64,000 nucleotides of DNA from an uncultured Gammaproteobacteria bacterium (GTDB taxonomy: Bacteria > Patescibacteriota > Patescibacteriia > Magasanikbacterales > GWA2-37-8): positions 268,830 through 332,829 of the forward strand of contig CAZQUL010000001.1 of assembly GCA_964596525.1 (NCBI GenBank). The letters run 5' to 3'. Both the position numbers and the translations under genes were made by a program. A model generated the notes under the pieces. It saw only the letters and a list, made by a program, of their open reading frames with translations. It was not told the origin of the DNA and made no database searches. Shown in pieces: positions 62,702 through 64,000 of this stretch. How positions within the stretch are numbered: position 1 is the stretch's first letter; the number at the start of each line of letters is the position of its first letter.

Positions 62702-64000
62702 ATGCCAACGTTCAGCGAAGCCGAAAAGAAAATTCTTGAACAGTACGTTACCAACGTCGGAGGCGATATTTTTGCTGTCAAAAACCTGCCGGGGATTGTC
62801 GGTGCGGTGTATGCGCGCTATTCACGCGCTAAAACGGGTTTTCAGGAAACGCTCCTTAAAGAGTTTGTGCAAGAAGGCATGATTAATGCCGAACATGCCG
62901 CCGCACTTATCGAACGCGTTCTCATCGCGTACGGCGACGATTCGGTGGGCGAGCTTGAGGGCGCACATGTGTCGCTCGAAAATATTTCTATCTTGGCTAC
63001 TAAAGAAGTGGAAGATCGACGCATCGGCGGATCGCCGATCGAAAAATCGACGCGCTACATTTTTTTCGATGAGCAGGATGAAGACGGAAAGTATAAATAC
63101 GTCCGTCCGGCAGACATTATGGCAACACCCTTGGCCGCGGAGTACGAAGCGACAATGGATTTTTTGTTTGATACGTACAAGAATCTCATCGAACCGATGC
63201 AGCAATTTTACCAGGAGCTCTTTCCGTTGGAAAAAGCTGAGTACGATATTTTGGGTACGGGTGAGAAGCAAAAGTACGCGGATTTAAAAAACGAAAAAGA
63301 CCAGAAAGCGTTTAAGATAACTCACAAAATCGACCTTAAGACCAAAGCCTGCGATGCGCTGCGCTGCCTCCTCCCGATCTCTACCAAGACCAACGTTGGT
63401 TTGTTCGGCAACGGACGATTCTACCAGACGCTCATTGCACATCTTCTTACAACACCGTACGCCGAAGTTAAGGATATCGGCCGCAGCATGTTTACCGAAC
63501 TTTCGAAAATTATTCCCAAGTACATCCATCGCGCCAAAGAGAAAACGTATCAGCAATCGATTGACGCGGCGATGCAGCTGGTGGCGAGCGAACTTGTTGG
63601 AATGGTGAAGAGCGATGCGACTTCAATTGAATCGGTGGCGCTTGTGCCGCTTGATGTGCGCAATACCGAAGAATATCTTATTGCAACGATGCTGTATGCA
63701 TACACTGATCGCTCACTCGCCGAACTTATTAGGCTTGCGGGCACATTCGACCGTGGAGCGCGCGATCGGATCAAGGCTGCGTACGTTGGCGAACGCGCGT
63801 CGCGTCGCGACCGCCCAGGCCGTGCGCTTGAGAGTGGGTATACATACACCTTCGATTTGACAGCAGATTTTGGAACGTACAAAGACCTTATGCGCCATCG
63901 CATGTCGACACAGCTGCGCCAGGCGTTTAGCCCGCTTTTGGGCATAGTCCTGCCGCAAGATGTGCAAGATGCCGGTTTCACCGAAAAAATAATGGCGTGT
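62702..64000 (+). CDS. long ThyX-like (flavin-dependent thymidylate synthase family) protein, 3' end cut by window edge
   Basis: Uninterrupted frame-2 ORF from the ATG at 62702 to the window end (>430 aa); it is absent from the ORF track because it is incomplete. Contains an R-H-R-x-S-x-Q motif (MRHRMSTQLRQ) reminiscent of the ThyX RHRxxxxxxxS signature. Sits in a dNTP-metabolism context. Confidence 0.4.
   Translation, partial: MPTFSEAEKKILEQYVTNVGGDIFAVKNLPGIVGAVYARYSRAKTGFQETLLKEFVQEGMINAEHAAALIERVLIAYGDDSVGELEGAHVSLENISILATKEVEDRRIGGSPIEKSTRYIFFDEQDEDGKYKYVRPADIMATPLAAEYEATMDFLFDTYKNLIEPMQQFYQELFPLEKAEYDILGTGEKQKYADLKNEKDQKAFKITHKIDLKTKACDALRCLLPISTKTNVGLFGNGRFYQTLIAHLLTTPYAEVKDIGRSMFTELSKIIPKYIHRAKEKTYQQSIDAAMQLVASELVGMVKSDATSIESVALVPLDVRNTEEYLIATMLYAYTDRSLAELIRLAGTFDRGARDRIKAAYVGERASRRDRPGRALESGYTYTFDLTADFGTYKDLMRHRMSTQLRQAFSPLLGIVLPQDVQDAGFTEKIMAC

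Noticed and set aside
1-64000. CRISPR arrays, rRNA genes, transposases/integrases, prophage genes
   Set aside because: No short direct-repeat/spacer arrays, no rRNA signature blocks, and no recognisable transposase, integrase or phage structural proteins were seen. Mobility evidence is limited to the repeat families described above.

Overview
This 64-kb window looks like the replication-origin neighbourhood (parA-parB-hyp-dnaA-oriC-dnaN) of a small, moderately GC-rich bacterial chromosome. The gene content suggests a reduced-genome, possibly Patescibacteria/CPR-like organism: many small lipoproteins, a 23S-rRNA-IVS-type four-helix-bundle gene, N-terminally short MurE/MurF, no rRNA and no CRISPR. 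These are the genes I recognise confidently:
- Replication, repair and recombination: class Ia nrdA/nrdB, polA, rmuC, nfo, an HhH-GPD DNA glycosylase, and parA/parB/dnaA/dnaN.
- Translation and protein export: tig, ychF, lspA, and a DksA/TraR-family zinc-finger protein.
- Nucleotide metabolism: hpt and a dCMP deaminase / P-loop kinase / dut block ending in a long ThyX-like ORF cut by the window end.
- Envelope and electron transport: murE, a murF-like ligase, ndh (type II NADH dehydrogenase), and an M23 peptidase with tandem C-terminal repeats.
- RNA genes: tRNA-Leu(CAA), tRNA-Ala(CGC), tRNA-Arg(CCT), and one atypical tRNA-Cys(GCA)-like gene.
The unusual features are these:
- A five-gene metal-limitation-style operon (17.7-22.4 kb) under a palindromic operator: a His-rich membrane protein, a nicotianamine-synthase-like enzyme, two COG0523 CobW-type GTPases (one long and His-rich) and one unknown protein.
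- A 1.7-kb gene-free element downstream of dnaN, bounded by inverted copies of a ~105-bp palindromic repeat (a third copy lies at 28.7 kb). It contains a GC-rich highly structured segment, an AT-rich DnaA-box cluster and the tRNA-Cys-like gene.
- A four-helix-bundle gene between nrdB and nrdA, flanked by an inverted CGTAGG..GTAGGGAGTAG motif that recurs at two other sites.
- A three-member family of TSP3-type calcium-binding lipoproteins (two in tandem) with duplicated terminators and consensus sigma70 promoters.
- DnaA-box clusters in front of the nrdAB operon and the dCMP-deaminase/dUTPase block.
- An 830-bp AT-rich gene-free region with three copies of an 18-bp palindrome.
- A high-GC block of hypothetical protein, Fe-S-less HhH-GPD glycosylase and hypothetical protein.
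- Two tandem paralogous acidic coiled-coil proteins.
Long antisense ORFs inside the high-GC genes are treated as shadow ORFs.
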